DNA from: an uncultured Bacteroidales bacterium
GTDB lineage: Bacteria > Bacteroidota > Bacteroidia > Bacteroidales > UBA10428
Assembly: GCA_964492185.1 (NCBI GenBank)
Contig: CAZBJH010000003.1
Location: 36-64,035, forward strand
DNA: 64,000 bases
Reading direction: 5' to 3'
A model generated the notes under the pieces. It did not search any database. It was not told the origin of the DNA and saw nothing but the letters and a program-made list of their open reading frames with translations. Shown in pieces: positions 1 through 9,642 of this stretch; position 1 is the first letter of the stretch, and the number at the start of each line of letters is the position of its first letter. The position numbers and the translations under genes were made by a program.

Positions 1-110
1 GAGCTCACTTCGTTCGGTTCACGCGCCTTGATCTCGAACATTCTGAACAAACACTATGACTTTATAGACAGGCTTTAATTAATGAATACTATTGTTCGAA
101 AACCTGTCTG
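1..110 (-). repeat. Hairpin-repeat family B copy, truncated by the window edge, plus head-type hairpin
   Basis: The reverse complement of 1-76 reads GCCTGTCTATAAAGTCATAGTGTTTGTTCAGAATGTTCGAGATCAAGGCGCG. This matches units of the 35235-35657 array. A short inverted repeat TAGACAGG (65-72) / CCTGTCT (103-109) resembles the head hairpin at 22240-22291. Confidence 0.7.
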
Positions 111-218
111 TAATTCTATGAACCTTTAGCCAATAATGCAGAAAAATTATAACAAATAATTTGACTGAATTGTTATATAAAAGGTTCATTAATATTTCTA
201 ATCACTGAAACAAATTTT

Positions 219-2078
219 ATGGAACTTTATCAAAAACCTGGTATTTACAAGCTGCCCGATGATCAATGGAAATGCTGCGTATGGGCACCCCATGCCCGGA
301 AAACAGAGTTGGTACTGAACCCTGGTTCTACTGAGGAAAATGTAATTGACTTAACAAAGGATGCAGCCGGTTACTGGAAAACAGAATTCCGGCTTAAACA
401 AAACGGCACCAAATATAAATACAGAATAAACGGTAAAAAACTACTTCCTGATCCGGCTTCATTATCACAGCCCGAAGGAGTACACGGTGCTTCCGCGATT
501 ATTGACCTGCAATCCTTCAACTGGTCAGATCAACAATGGAAGAATATCCCCCCTGACCAGACAGTGATGTATGAATTACATACCGGCACATTTACCCCGA
601 AACAAAACTTTGAAGGGATAACAGAAAAACTTGACTACCTCACGGATCTCGGCATAAATGCTATTGAACTGATGCCTGTGAATCAGTTTCCCGGCAAACG
701 GAACTGGGGATATGACGGAGTATATCCTTATGCAGTCCATAATCATTATGGTGGTGCCGAAGAATTACAAAAACTGGTAAATGCCTGTCATAATAAAAAT
801 ATCGCACTTATTCTTGATGTGGTATATAACCATCTCGGGCCCGAAGGCAATTATCTGCCGGAATTCGCACCTTACTTTACCAGGTCCTATAACACCCCGT
901 GGGGAGCTGCAGTGAATTTTGACGATGTCTATAGCTACGGCCTTCGCAACTATTTCATTCAAAATGCACTGATGTGGCTGAAAGACTTCCATGTTGATGC
1001 ACTAAGACTGGACGCCGTGCATGCGATAAAAGACTATAGCGCAAAGCATTTCTTGCAGGAACTTCATGAAGAAGTTGAACTACTGAATAAAGAAACCGGC
1101 AAAGACCATTATCTTATAGCCGAAAGCAATCTCAATGATGTGCGTTTGATAAATCCTTCAGAAAAGGGAGGATACGGACTGGAAGCACAATGGAACGATG
1201 ATTATCATCATGCATTACATGCATTGCTTACCGGTGAAAGATCCGGGTATTATAAGGATTACGGGGAATCCTGTCATCTTTTAAAAGCGATCCGCGATGC
1301 ATTTGTATACGATGGGATCTACTCGGATTTCAGGAAAAAGGTATACGGAAATACGGCGAAAGATAACCCGGGAAAGCAATTTGTCATATTTAACCAGAAT
1401 CACGACCAGGCAGGAAACAGAAAATCCGGTGACCGCCTGACCACTTTATTGAATTTTGAACAGTTGAAACTGTGCACGGCAACATTGTTTTCTTTACCTT
1501 TTGTTCCCATGCTGTTTATGGGTGAGGAATACGGCGAATCATCACCTTTTCTCTATTTTGTCGACCATACAAGTAATGAACTGAACAAACTGGTCAGGCA
1601 GGGCAGGAAAAAAGAGTTCAGTCATTCATGGGACAAATCCCCTCCTCCTGATCCTGATAAAGAAGAAACATTCCTTCAGTCTGCCCTGAAATGGAATTAC
1701 AAAACGAACAGGTATCAATCGGCACTGCTTTCATTGCACAAATTTCTTATATCATTAAGAAAAACACATCCGGTGTTTAGTAAGCCGGTAAGGGAAAACC
1801 TGAAGATAAATACCTGCAATACCGGTAATATCCTGCAACTTGAACGTTTTTACGGAAATAATGCTATTCTGGGATTTTTTAATTACTCTGCTGAAAGGGA
1901 AGAAATTCAACTTAATCCTCATTATTCATCCGGGCTTACCCTGATACTTAATACTGCATCTTCCGAATGGGAGGGTAATTTTGATAATATCCCGCTGCAT
2001 CCGGAAGAAAACACTACAATTACTGTAATGCCCGGGTCGGCAATAATTTTCGAAGGCATTGTCAGGAAGCCAACCTGA
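219..2078 (+). CDS. treZ: Malto-oligosyltrehalose trehalohydrolase (GH13)
   Basis: 619-aa ORF with GH13 conserved regions DVVYNH, ALRLDAVHAI, LIAESN and FNQNHDQAGNR. It is the first gene of a co-directional trehalose/alpha-glucan cluster that also contains treY. Confidence 0.85.
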   Translation: MELYQKPGIYKLPDDQWKCCVWAPHARKTELVLNPGSTEENVIDLTKDAAGYWKTEFRLKQNGTKYKYRINGKKLLPDPASLSQPEGVHGASAIIDLQSFNWSDQQWKNIPPDQTVMYELHTGTFTPKQNFEGITEKLDYLTDLGINAIELMPVNQFPGKRNWGYDGVYPYAVHNHYGGAEELQKLVNACHNKNIALILDVVYNHLGPEGNYLPEFAPYFTRSYNTPWGAAVNFDDVYSYGLRNYFIQNALMWLKDFHVDALRLDAVHAIKDYSAKHFLQELHEEVELLNKETGKDHYLIAESNLNDVRLINPSEKGGYGLEAQWNDDYHHALHALLTGERSGYYKDYGESCHLLKAIRDAFVYDGIYSDFRKKVYGNTAKDNPGKQFVIFNQNHDQAGNRKSGDRLTTLLNFEQLKLCTATLFSLPFVPMLFMGEEYGESSPFLYFVDHTSNELNKLVRQGRKKEFSHSWDKSPPPDPDKEETFLQSALKWNYKTNRYQSALLSLHKFLISLRKTHPVFSKPVRENLKINTCNTGNILQLERFYGNNAILGFFNYSAEREEIQLNPHYSSGLTLILNTASSEWEGNFDNIPLHPEENTTITVMPGSAIIFEGIVRKPT

Positions 2079-2185
2079 GCAGTATAAACAGAAAAATGTC
2101 CAAAAGAAACCGATCATCAATAATAATTATTGATCATTTTATGTAAAATTTTGTTGTAATAAACCCATACAATACCGGAAACTTT

Positions 2186-4201
2186 ATGCAAAATACACAA
2201 AACCTATTTAAGAACGGGCGGGAACGAGTGATCATCGAGAAAGTAAAGCCCGAAATAGACGGGGGCAAATTTGCCGCTAAACGCGTACAGGGAGATATTG
2301 CAGATATCAGGGCAACTGTATTTTCCGACGGGCATGACAGGATAAGTGCAGAGGTATTGTTCCGTAAGAGCAGCGATAAAAACTGGCAGATATCCCCCAT
2401 GGTTCACAAAGGAAATGACCACTGGGAAGGTTTTTTCCCGGTGATGGAAACAGGTTGGTATACCTTCACAATAAGGGCATGGATAAACAGGTTTGAGACC
2501 TGGTACAATGACATTTTAAAAAAATACAATGCCGGTGTCGGCTTCGAATCCGATCTGATGTCGGGCGCACAGCTTATCGAACATCATATAAAATCAAAAA
2601 AGATCAGTGGAAACGACCTGGCCGCCCTTGAGGAAATAACTGCTGAACTTACTGCAGACAATAAAGCTTTGGAAGACAGGATGATCGCGGTAAAATCCGG
2701 TGAACTGGCAAAAATTCTTCGTAATTACCCTCTACGTGAATTTGCGGTTCAATATGACAAAGAGTTAAATATCATCTGTGAACGAAAGAAAGCAGCTTTC
2801 AGTTCCTGGTATGAATTTTTTCCCAGATCAATATGGGAACCCGGAAAGGAAAAAGGTACTCTGAAAACCTGTATTGACCGCCTGCCCTATGTCGCGGGCA
2901 TGGGATTCGACGTATTATACCTTCCGCCAATACACCCCATAGGAAATACGAAAAGAAAAGGCAGGAACAATAATGCAGAAACGCAACCCGGGGAACCCGG
3001 ATCTCCGTGGGCCATCGGGAATAAGGAAGGGGGGCATAAGTCCGTTCATCCCGAACTGGGCACCCCTGAAGATCTCAGCCAATTGATAAATTCAGTCAAA
3101 GAATACAATATGGAGATCGCCCTTGATATCGCTTTTCAGTGTTCTCCCGATCATCCCTGGGTAAAAGAGCATCCGCGATGGTTCAGAAAAAGGCCCGACG
3201 GAAGCATACAATACGCGGAAAATCCACCTAAAAAATACGAGGATATTTACCCCGTTAATTTCGAGACTGAAGACTGGCAGGCCCTTTGGAAAGAATTAAA
3301 AAGCGTGTTCGAATACTGGATTGAACAAGGTGTGAAAATTTTCCGGGTTGATAATCCGCACACTAAATCTGTTCGCTTCTGGGGATGGCTCATTCGTGAA
3401 CTTAAGAGCGACTATCCTGACCTGATCTTTTTAGCAGAAGCGTTTACAAGACCGGCAATGATGTACCAGTTGGCAAAACAGGGTTTTACACAATCCTATA
3501 CCTACTTCACCTGGAGAAACACAAAATGGGAACTTACCAGGTATTTTGAAGAGCTCACCCGCACGACGGTTAAAGATTTCTTTCGTCCCAATCTATGGCC
3601 GAACACTCCCGATATCCTGCCCGAATTCCTGCAGGTCAGCGGTCGTCCGGGATTTATTATCCGCCTGGTTCTTGCAGCCACTCTAAGCTCCAGTTATGGA
3701 ATATACGGACCTGCTTATGAGCTTATGGAAAACACTCCCCTGGAATGGGGGAGAGAGGAATACCTGGATTCTGAAAAATTTGAGATCAAACACTGGGATA
3801 TTGAAAGAAAAGAATCACTAAAAAATATCATCAGGGAAATAAACATTGTCCGTGAAGAGAATGCTGCCTTACATAATAATTCCAGCCTTCGGTTTCATAA
3901 TATAGAAAACGAACAGATCATTGCATACAGTAAACACACGCCTGATTTGTCAAACATAATACTCGTCATTGTAAACCTCGATCCGCACCATACCCATTCT
4001 GGCTGGGTACATTTACCCCTTGAAAAATTCGGAATTGAACAACACGATACATATCAGGTTTTTGATCTGATCACAAAAACCAGGTATTTATGGAGCGGTG
4101 AATATAATTATGTAGAGCTTAACCCCGGTGTTTTTCCTGCTCATGTGTTTAAGGTTCGGCGAAAAATCCGAACCGAGCAGGATTTCGATTATTTTATGTA
4201 A
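2186..4201 (+). CDS. glgE: Alpha-1,4-glucan:maltose-1-phosphate maltosyltransferase
   Basis: 671-aa ORF with a GlgE-type N-terminus (RVIIEKVKPEIDGGKFAAKRV). GH13 motifs are LDIAFQCSPDHPW, FRVDNPHTK (nucleophile Asp) and FLAEAFT. It lies next to treS-mak, which supplies maltose-1-phosphate. Confidence 0.9.
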   Translation: MQNTQNLFKNGRERVIIEKVKPEIDGGKFAAKRVQGDIADIRATVFSDGHDRISAEVLFRKSSDKNWQISPMVHKGNDHWEGFFPVMETGWYTFTIRAWINRFETWYNDILKKYNAGVGFESDLMSGAQLIEHHIKSKKISGNDLAALEEITAELTADNKALEDRMIAVKSGELAKILRNYPLREFAVQYDKELNIICERKKAAFSSWYEFFPRSIWEPGKEKGTLKTCIDRLPYVAGMGFDVLYLPPIHPIGNTKRKGRNNNAETQPGEPGSPWAIGNKEGGHKSVHPELGTPEDLSQLINSVKEYNMEIALDIAFQCSPDHPWVKEHPRWFRKRPDGSIQYAENPPKKYEDIYPVNFETEDWQALWKELKSVFEYWIEQGVKIFRVDNPHTKSVRFWGWLIRELKSDYPDLIFLAEAFTRPAMMYQLAKQGFTQSYTYFTWRNTKWELTRYFEELTRTTVKDFFRPNLWPNTPDILPEFLQVSGRPGFIIRLVLAATLSSSYGIYGPAYELMENTPLEWGREEYLDSEKFEIKHWDIERKESLKNIIREINIVREENAALHNNSSLRFHNIENEQIIAYSKHTPDLSNIILVIVNLDPHHTHSGWVHLPLEKFGIEQHDTYQVFDLITKTRYLWSGEYNYVELNPGVFPAHVFKVRRKIRTEQDFDYFM

Positions 4202-4239
4202 TACAATTTAATTATCACATTCCGGTAATCAGATAATAA

Positions 4240-7200
4240 ATGGCAAAAGATAAAAATACAAAAGAAAATTTGTGGTATAAGGACGCCATAATATATCAGC
4301 TTCACGTGCAATCCTTTTTAGATAGTAATGCTGACGGAACAGGGGATTTCAAAGGTTTGCTGACAAAACTCGATTATTTGCAAAATCTTGGTGTCAATGT
4401 CTTATGGCTCCTGCCGTTTTATCCTTCGCCACTGCGCGACGGCGGTTATGATATTGCCGATTTCACCAGTATTCATCCTTCCTACGGAAAACTGGCCGAA
4501 TTCAAAAAATTCATCCGCGAAGCACATAACAGGGGGTTAAAAGTGATCACCGAACTGGTTCTGAACCATACTTCAATTGACCATACCTGGTTTCAGCGCG
4601 CAAGAAAAGCAAAACCACGTAGCAAATGGCACAATTTCTATGTATGGAACAATAATCCGGATAAATACACTGAAGCCCGCATAATTTTCAAGGATTTTGA
4701 AACCTCTAACTGGGCGTGGGATCCTGTTGCCAAGTCATATTACTGGCACAGGTTTTATTCTCATCAGCCAGATCTTAATTATGAACATCCTGCTGTACAA
4801 AAAGCCATGTTTAAAGTCATTGATTTCTGGTTTGGGATCGGTGTTGACGGCTTGCGCCTGGATGCTGTACCTTATCTTTTTGAGGAAGAAGGAACAAATT
4901 GTGAAAACCTGCCCAAAACACATAAATTTCTGAAAGATCTCAGAAAATACATTGATAACAAGTACGAAAATAAAATGCTGCTTGCCGAAGCCAACCAATG
5001 GCCGGAAGATGCAGCAGAATACTTTGGCAACGGGGATGAATGCCATATGGCCTTTCACTTCCCTGTCATGCCCCGCCTGTTCATGGGCTTAAGGATGGAG
5101 GACCGTTTCCCCGTGATCGATATCCTTGAACAAACTCCTGAAATCCCTTCTTCCTGCCAGTGGGCTATCTTTCTTAGAAATCACGATGAACTTACTCTTG
5201 AAATGGTTACTGATGAAGAAAGAGATTACATGTATAAGAGTTTTGCAAAAGAACCCGAACAAAGAATAAACCTTGGAATACGAAGAAGGCTTGCTCCTTT
5301 ATTGGATGCTGACCGTCGCAAAATAGAATTAATGAATATACTGCTGTTTTCATTACCTGGAACACCTATCATATATTATGGAGATGAAATCGGTATGGGT
5401 GATAATTATTATCTTGGTGACCGTCACGGTGTGCGCACTCCCATGCAATGGGCCCCGGATAAGAATGCAGGTTTTTCAACAGCCTCCCCTCAAAAGCTTT
5501 ATCTTCCGGTAATCATTGAACCCGAATATCATTATGAAGCGATCAATGTTGAAAGCCAGGACAAAAATGCTTCTTCGCTTTTATGGTGGATGCGCCGAGT
5601 GATTGCAATGAGGAAAAAATACAAGGCTTTCAGTCGCGGTATTACAAAATTTATCAACTCGGGAAACCCAAAAATCCTTTCATTTATCCGTGAATTCGAA
5701 AATGAAAGGATCCTTGTTATTGTAAATCTTTCACGTTATACACAGATCTCACAACTGAACCTTATCGAATACGAAGGATACATTCCCCGGGAAGTATTCA
5801 GCCGCAATGATTTCCCGATGATCGATGATGCACTGTATACTTTACCATTGAAACAAAAAGAATATTATTGGTTCAGCCTTATCAAGCCTGCAACAGACGA
5901 AAATATTCTTACAGCTAAACAGGAATTTAATATTCGTCTGAGATCACGGGGATGGAATGTATTCAGCCAGGAAGTAAAAAACTATTTTGAAGAATATCTG
6001 CTCACGAATTACCTGTTGCAAAGCAGATGGTTCAGAGGTAAGGCAAAAATCATAAAAAGTATTCACCTCAGTGATAATATACCCCTTTATAAAACAGAAG
6101 GTTTAAACAGCTATATATTATTTATTGAAGCCGAATATGTTGAACATTCTTCGGAAACCTATATATTACCGATATCCCTTGCCTTCGGAGAAGAAGCAGG
6201 CGATATTAAATACGAATATCCCAATGCTGTTATTGCCAAAATCACGTTTGATGATGAAGAGGCTATTATTTATGACAGCTCAGTAAGCAAAGCATTCCAC
6301 AATTATCTGCTTAACCTCATAAATACAAGAAAAAAGGCAAAAGGGCGGTTTAGTGAAATTACCGGTAACCCTGGAAAATTATTAAAGACAGCCAATCGCA
6401 ACAAATCACTTCCTGAAGAATCCAGGATAGTAGGTTTTGAACAATCAAATACCTCCATCCTATACAGTGATCAGTTTTTCCTGAAATTATACCGGTGTCC
6501 GGAAGAAGGATACAATCCCGAACTTGAGTTAATCCGGAATCTTACTGAAAAAACAAAATACACAAATTTTCCACCTTTTGCCGGTGAGCTGGAATACCGC
6601 GGAAATAAAGGAGGTGCATTGTCAGTTGCAATTCTGACCGGTTTTATCCCTAATGAAGGTAATGCATGGGATTTCACTCAGACAAATATTGATCAGTATT
6701 TTGAACATATTATTGCCCAACGAAACGAAATAAACCTGCCATCAATTGACAATTATAGCATTTATCAACCTGTAGATCCCGAATACCTCGAGTTGCTTAC
6801 CGATCTGTCAGGGCATTTCTTCACCGATATGGTCTCTTTACTGGCCAAACGCACAGCAGAACTTCATAAAGCACTGTTGTCTGTTTCAGGTGCTGATTTT
6901 AAACCCGAATCTTTCTCATTGCTTTATCAGAAATCCGTGTATCAATCAGTTCGTACACTAATAAGGAGAACCCTCAATGATCTGAAAGGAAAACAGAAAA
7001 ACATGCCCGCTTCATTGCATGAGGATCTGAACGTGGTGTTAACAAAAGAAAATGAGATCCTTAATTACATCAAACATATACTCACGCGGAAAAAGATCAA
7101 TTCCGTAAAATCAAGGATACACGGAGATTATCATTTGGGCCAGGTACTTTTTACCGGGAAAGATTTCATTATCATTGATTTTGAAGGAGAACCCGCCCGG

Positions 7201-7575
7201 ACTATCAGTGCAAGAAAGCTTAAATACTGCCCGCTGAAAGATGTTGCAGGAATGATCCGTTCATTGCATTATGCCGTGTACATGTCATATTTCAATAAGA
7301 TATCCGTCAGACCCGAAGACAGGAAATTATTAATGCCCTGGCTTGAAGTCTGGTATAAAAATATCTGCAGTACATTTATTAAAGCATACATTGAAGAAGC
7401 AGGTAACGCGGATTTTGTTCCGGGCACAGCCGAAGAGCTGGAAGGACTGTTAAATATTTATCTTCTTGAAAAGGCAGTCTATGAGATCGGGTATGAAATG
7501 AACAATCGTCCTGACTGGACTATTATACCTCTTAAAGGAATGACTGAAGTTATAAGTCAGTCCATAAGTAAGTAG
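4240..7575 (+). CDS. treS: Trehalose synthase fused to maltokinase (TreS-Mak/Pep2)
   Basis: 1111-aa ORF. The N-terminal half has GH13 TreS motifs (WYKDAIIYQLHV, ELVLNHTS, GLRLDAVPYL, LLAEANQW, FLRNHDELTLE). The C-terminal half has an aminoglycoside-phosphotransferase-like maltokinase signature (HGDYHLGQVLF ... IIIDFEGEP). Confidence 0.9.
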   Translation: MAKDKNTKENLWYKDAIIYQLHVQSFLDSNADGTGDFKGLLTKLDYLQNLGVNVLWLLPFYPSPLRDGGYDIADFTSIHPSYGKLAEFKKFIREAHNRGLKVITELVLNHTSIDHTWFQRARKAKPRSKWHNFYVWNNNPDKYTEARIIFKDFETSNWAWDPVAKSYYWHRFYSHQPDLNYEHPAVQKAMFKVIDFWFGIGVDGLRLDAVPYLFEEEGTNCENLPKTHKFLKDLRKYIDNKYENKMLLAEANQWPEDAAEYFGNGDECHMAFHFPVMPRLFMGLRMEDRFPVIDILEQTPEIPSSCQWAIFLRNHDELTLEMVTDEERDYMYKSFAKEPEQRINLGIRRRLAPLLDADRRKIELMNILLFSLPGTPIIYYGDEIGMGDNYYLGDRHGVRTPMQWAPDKNAGFSTASPQKLYLPVIIEPEYHYEAINVESQDKNASSLLWWMRRVIAMRKKYKAFSRGITKFINSGNPKILSFIREFENERILVIVNLSRYTQISQLNLIEYEGYIPREVFSRNDFPMIDDALYTLPLKQKEYYWFSLIKPATDENILTAKQEFNIRLRSRGWNVFSQEVKNYFEEYLLTNYLLQSRWFRGKAKIIKSIHLSDNIPLYKTEGLNSYILFIEAEYVEHSSETYILPISLAFGEEAGDIKYEYPNAVIAKITFDDEEAIIYDSSVSKAFHNYLLNLINTRKKAKGRFSEITGNPGKLLKTANRNKSLPEESRIVGFEQSNTSILYSDQFFLKLYRCPEEGYNPELELIRNLTEKTKYTNFPPFAGELEYRGNKGGALSVAILTGFIPNEGNAWDFTQTNIDQYFEHIIAQRNEINLPSIDNYSIYQPVDPEYLELLTDLSGHFFTDMVSLLAKRTAELHKALLSVSGADFKPESFSLLYQKSVYQSVRTLIRRTLNDLKGKQKNMPASLHEDLNVVLTKENEILNYIKHILTRKKINSVKSRIHGDYHLGQVLFTGKDFIIIDFEGEPARTISARKLKYCPLKDVAGMIRSLHYAVYMSYFNKISVRPEDRKLLMPWLEVWYKNICSTFIKAYIEEAGNADFVPGTAEELEGLLNIYLLEKAVYEIGYEMNNRPDWTIIPLKGMTEVISQSISK

Positions 7576-7620
7576 TTGATAATAAAATTAGAAATATTGA
7601 AAACGGAAAAAAGAAAAGTG

Positions 7621-9630
7621 ATGTCAAAACAAAGGAAAACAAATACGCCAAAAAATACCAATCCGCCTTCAACAAATAAAATACCTGTAAAAGAAAGCAT
7701 TACTCCCACCCCTGACAACATAAAAAAACAAAAAAGCCGGGAGTTTACTGATTATGACGAATATCTTTTCAGAGAAGGCAAACATTTCAGCCTTTATTAC
7801 AAGCTGGGGTCGCATATTGTAGAAAAAAACAATCAGAAAGGCGTGGAATTCTCTGTCTGGGCCCCCAATGCAAAAGAAATCGCAGTAATAGGGGATTTCA
7901 ATAACTGGAATTATGGCGCCAGCCTGATGCAGGCCCGCCAAGACGGATCAGGTATCTGGGAATTGTTTATTCCGGGGGTCAAAAAAGGTGATAATTATAA
8001 ATATCATATCATTTCGGGTTCTCATGATTATTCAGTTGATAAAACCGATCCCTTTGCTGTTTTTTGTGAGGTGCCTCCCAGCACGGCATCCAAAGTATGG
8101 GATCTGGATTATACCTGGAATGACGAGCAATGGATGAAAGACCGGGTCAATATCAATTCACCTGACCGCCCCATGTCGGTATATGAATTGCATCCCGAAT
8201 CATGGCGCAGGGTCCCTGAAGAAGGAAACAGGCCTCTCACATACCGTGAAATGGCTGTCGATTTGATTGATTATCTTAAAAAAAACGGTTTTACACACGT
8301 GGAATTACTTCCTGTTATGGAACATCCCTTTAGCGGATCATGGGGCTACCAGGTACTGGGATTTTTTGCCGCTACCAGCCGTTTTGGCACACCTCAGGAT
8401 TTCATGTATCTTATCGACCGGCTGCACCAGAATAATATCGGAATTCTGCTGGACTGGGTACCTTCACATTTTCCCGGTGATGAACACGGGCTGCATTATT
8501 TTGACGGTACTTACCTTTTTGAACATCATGATCCCCGGCAGGGTTACCATCCCGACTGGAGCAGTTATATTTTCAATTACGGAAGAAATGAGGTGAAGGA
8601 ATTTCTCATCAGCAGTGCCCATTTCTGGTGTGACAAGTACCATGTTGACGGGATCCGCGTAGATGCAGTTGCTTCCATGCTTTATCTCGACTATTCACGT
8701 GAAGACGGTGAATGGATACCCAATGAGCATGGCGGACGCGAAAACCTGCAGGCAATTCAGTTCCTGCGCGAACTGAACGAATCACTGTACACCCGTTTTC
8801 CGGGCATACAAACAATAGCCGAGGAATCCACTGCATGGCCTATGGTCACACGGCCGGTTTATACAGGAGGATTGGGATTCGGATTTAAATGGAATATGGG
8901 CTGGATGCATGATACACTGGACTATTTTGCCAACGATCCCGTGCACCGCGGTTACCATCACAACAAAATTACCTTCAGCATGTGGTACGCGTTCAATGAA
9001 AATTTTATGCTCAGTCTTTCACACGATGAAGTAGTCCATGGTAAAGGATCAATGATCAACAAAATGCCTGGAGATGAATGGCAAAAATTTGCCAACCTCA
9101 GATTACTTTATGGCTATATGTTCGCACATCCCGGTAAGAAACTCCTGTTCATGGGAAACGAATTCGGCCAGCGGTCGGAATGGAACCACGAAACCAGCCT
9201 TGACTGGCACCTCCTCGAAAACGAAAATCATAAAAGACTTCTGCGCTGGATAAAAGACCTGAACGCGACATACAAAAAATATCCTGCCCTTTATGAGGTT
9301 GACTTTGAATCCGCTGGTTTCAAATGGATCGACCCGGGTGATGCTGTAAACAGCATACTTAGTTTTGTGCGTTATGACAAAGGAAAGAAAAACATGGTAA
9401 TGGTTATCTGTAATTTTACGCCGGTACCACGCCATAACTATCTCATTGGTGCGCCGGAAGAAGGATACTGGAAGGAAATTCTGAATAGTGATGCCAAAGA
9501 ATACGGGGGCAGCGGGCATGGTAATTTCGGCGGGGTGGACACCTCACCGGTACCTTATCATGAAGAAGAACAGTCGGTCAATATTGTTTTGCCACCCCTG
9601 GGTGTTGTTATATTCAGCAACTCTGAATAG
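7621..9630 (+). CDS. glgB: 1,4-alpha-glucan branching enzyme
   Basis: GH13 motifs DWVPSHF, GIRVDAVASM, TIAEEST and LSHDEVVHGK. The ORF track starts at TTG 7576, directly after the upstream stop. I prefer the first ATG at 7621 (MSKQRK...), but the start is uncertain. A basic Lys/Pro/Thr-rich N-terminal extension of about 55 aa precedes the conserved core. Confidence 0.88.
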   Translation: MSKQRKTNTPKNTNPPSTNKIPVKESITPTPDNIKKQKSREFTDYDEYLFREGKHFSLYYKLGSHIVEKNNQKGVEFSVWAPNAKEIAVIGDFNNWNYGASLMQARQDGSGIWELFIPGVKKGDNYKYHIISGSHDYSVDKTDPFAVFCEVPPSTASKVWDLDYTWNDEQWMKDRVNINSPDRPMSVYELHPESWRRVPEEGNRPLTYREMAVDLIDYLKKNGFTHVELLPVMEHPFSGSWGYQVLGFFAATSRFGTPQDFMYLIDRLHQNNIGILLDWVPSHFPGDEHGLHYFDGTYLFEHHDPRQGYHPDWSSYIFNYGRNEVKEFLISSAHFWCDKYHVDGIRVDAVASMLYLDYSREDGEWIPNEHGGRENLQAIQFLRELNESLYTRFPGIQTIAEESTAWPMVTRPVYTGGLGFGFKWNMGWMHDTLDYFANDPVHRGYHHNKITFSMWYAFNENFMLSLSHDEVVHGKGSMINKMPGDEWQKFANLRLLYGYMFAHPGKKLLFMGNEFGQRSEWNHETSLDWHLLENENHKRLLRWIKDLNATYKKYPALYEVDFESAGFKWIDPGDAVNSILSFVRYDKGKKNMVMVICNFTPVPRHNYLIGAPEEGYWKEILNSDAKEYGGSGHGNFGGVDTSPVPYHEEEQSVNIVLPPLGVVIFSNSE

Positions 9631-9642
9631 AGATCATCTGTT

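Noticed and set aside
7576-7620. TTG start for glgB immediately after the treS-mak stop
   Set aside because: It is possible. However, the first 15 codons (MIIKLEILKTEKRKV) are AT-rich spacer-like sequence, and an ATG follows at 7621. I kept 7621 and flagged the uncertainty.
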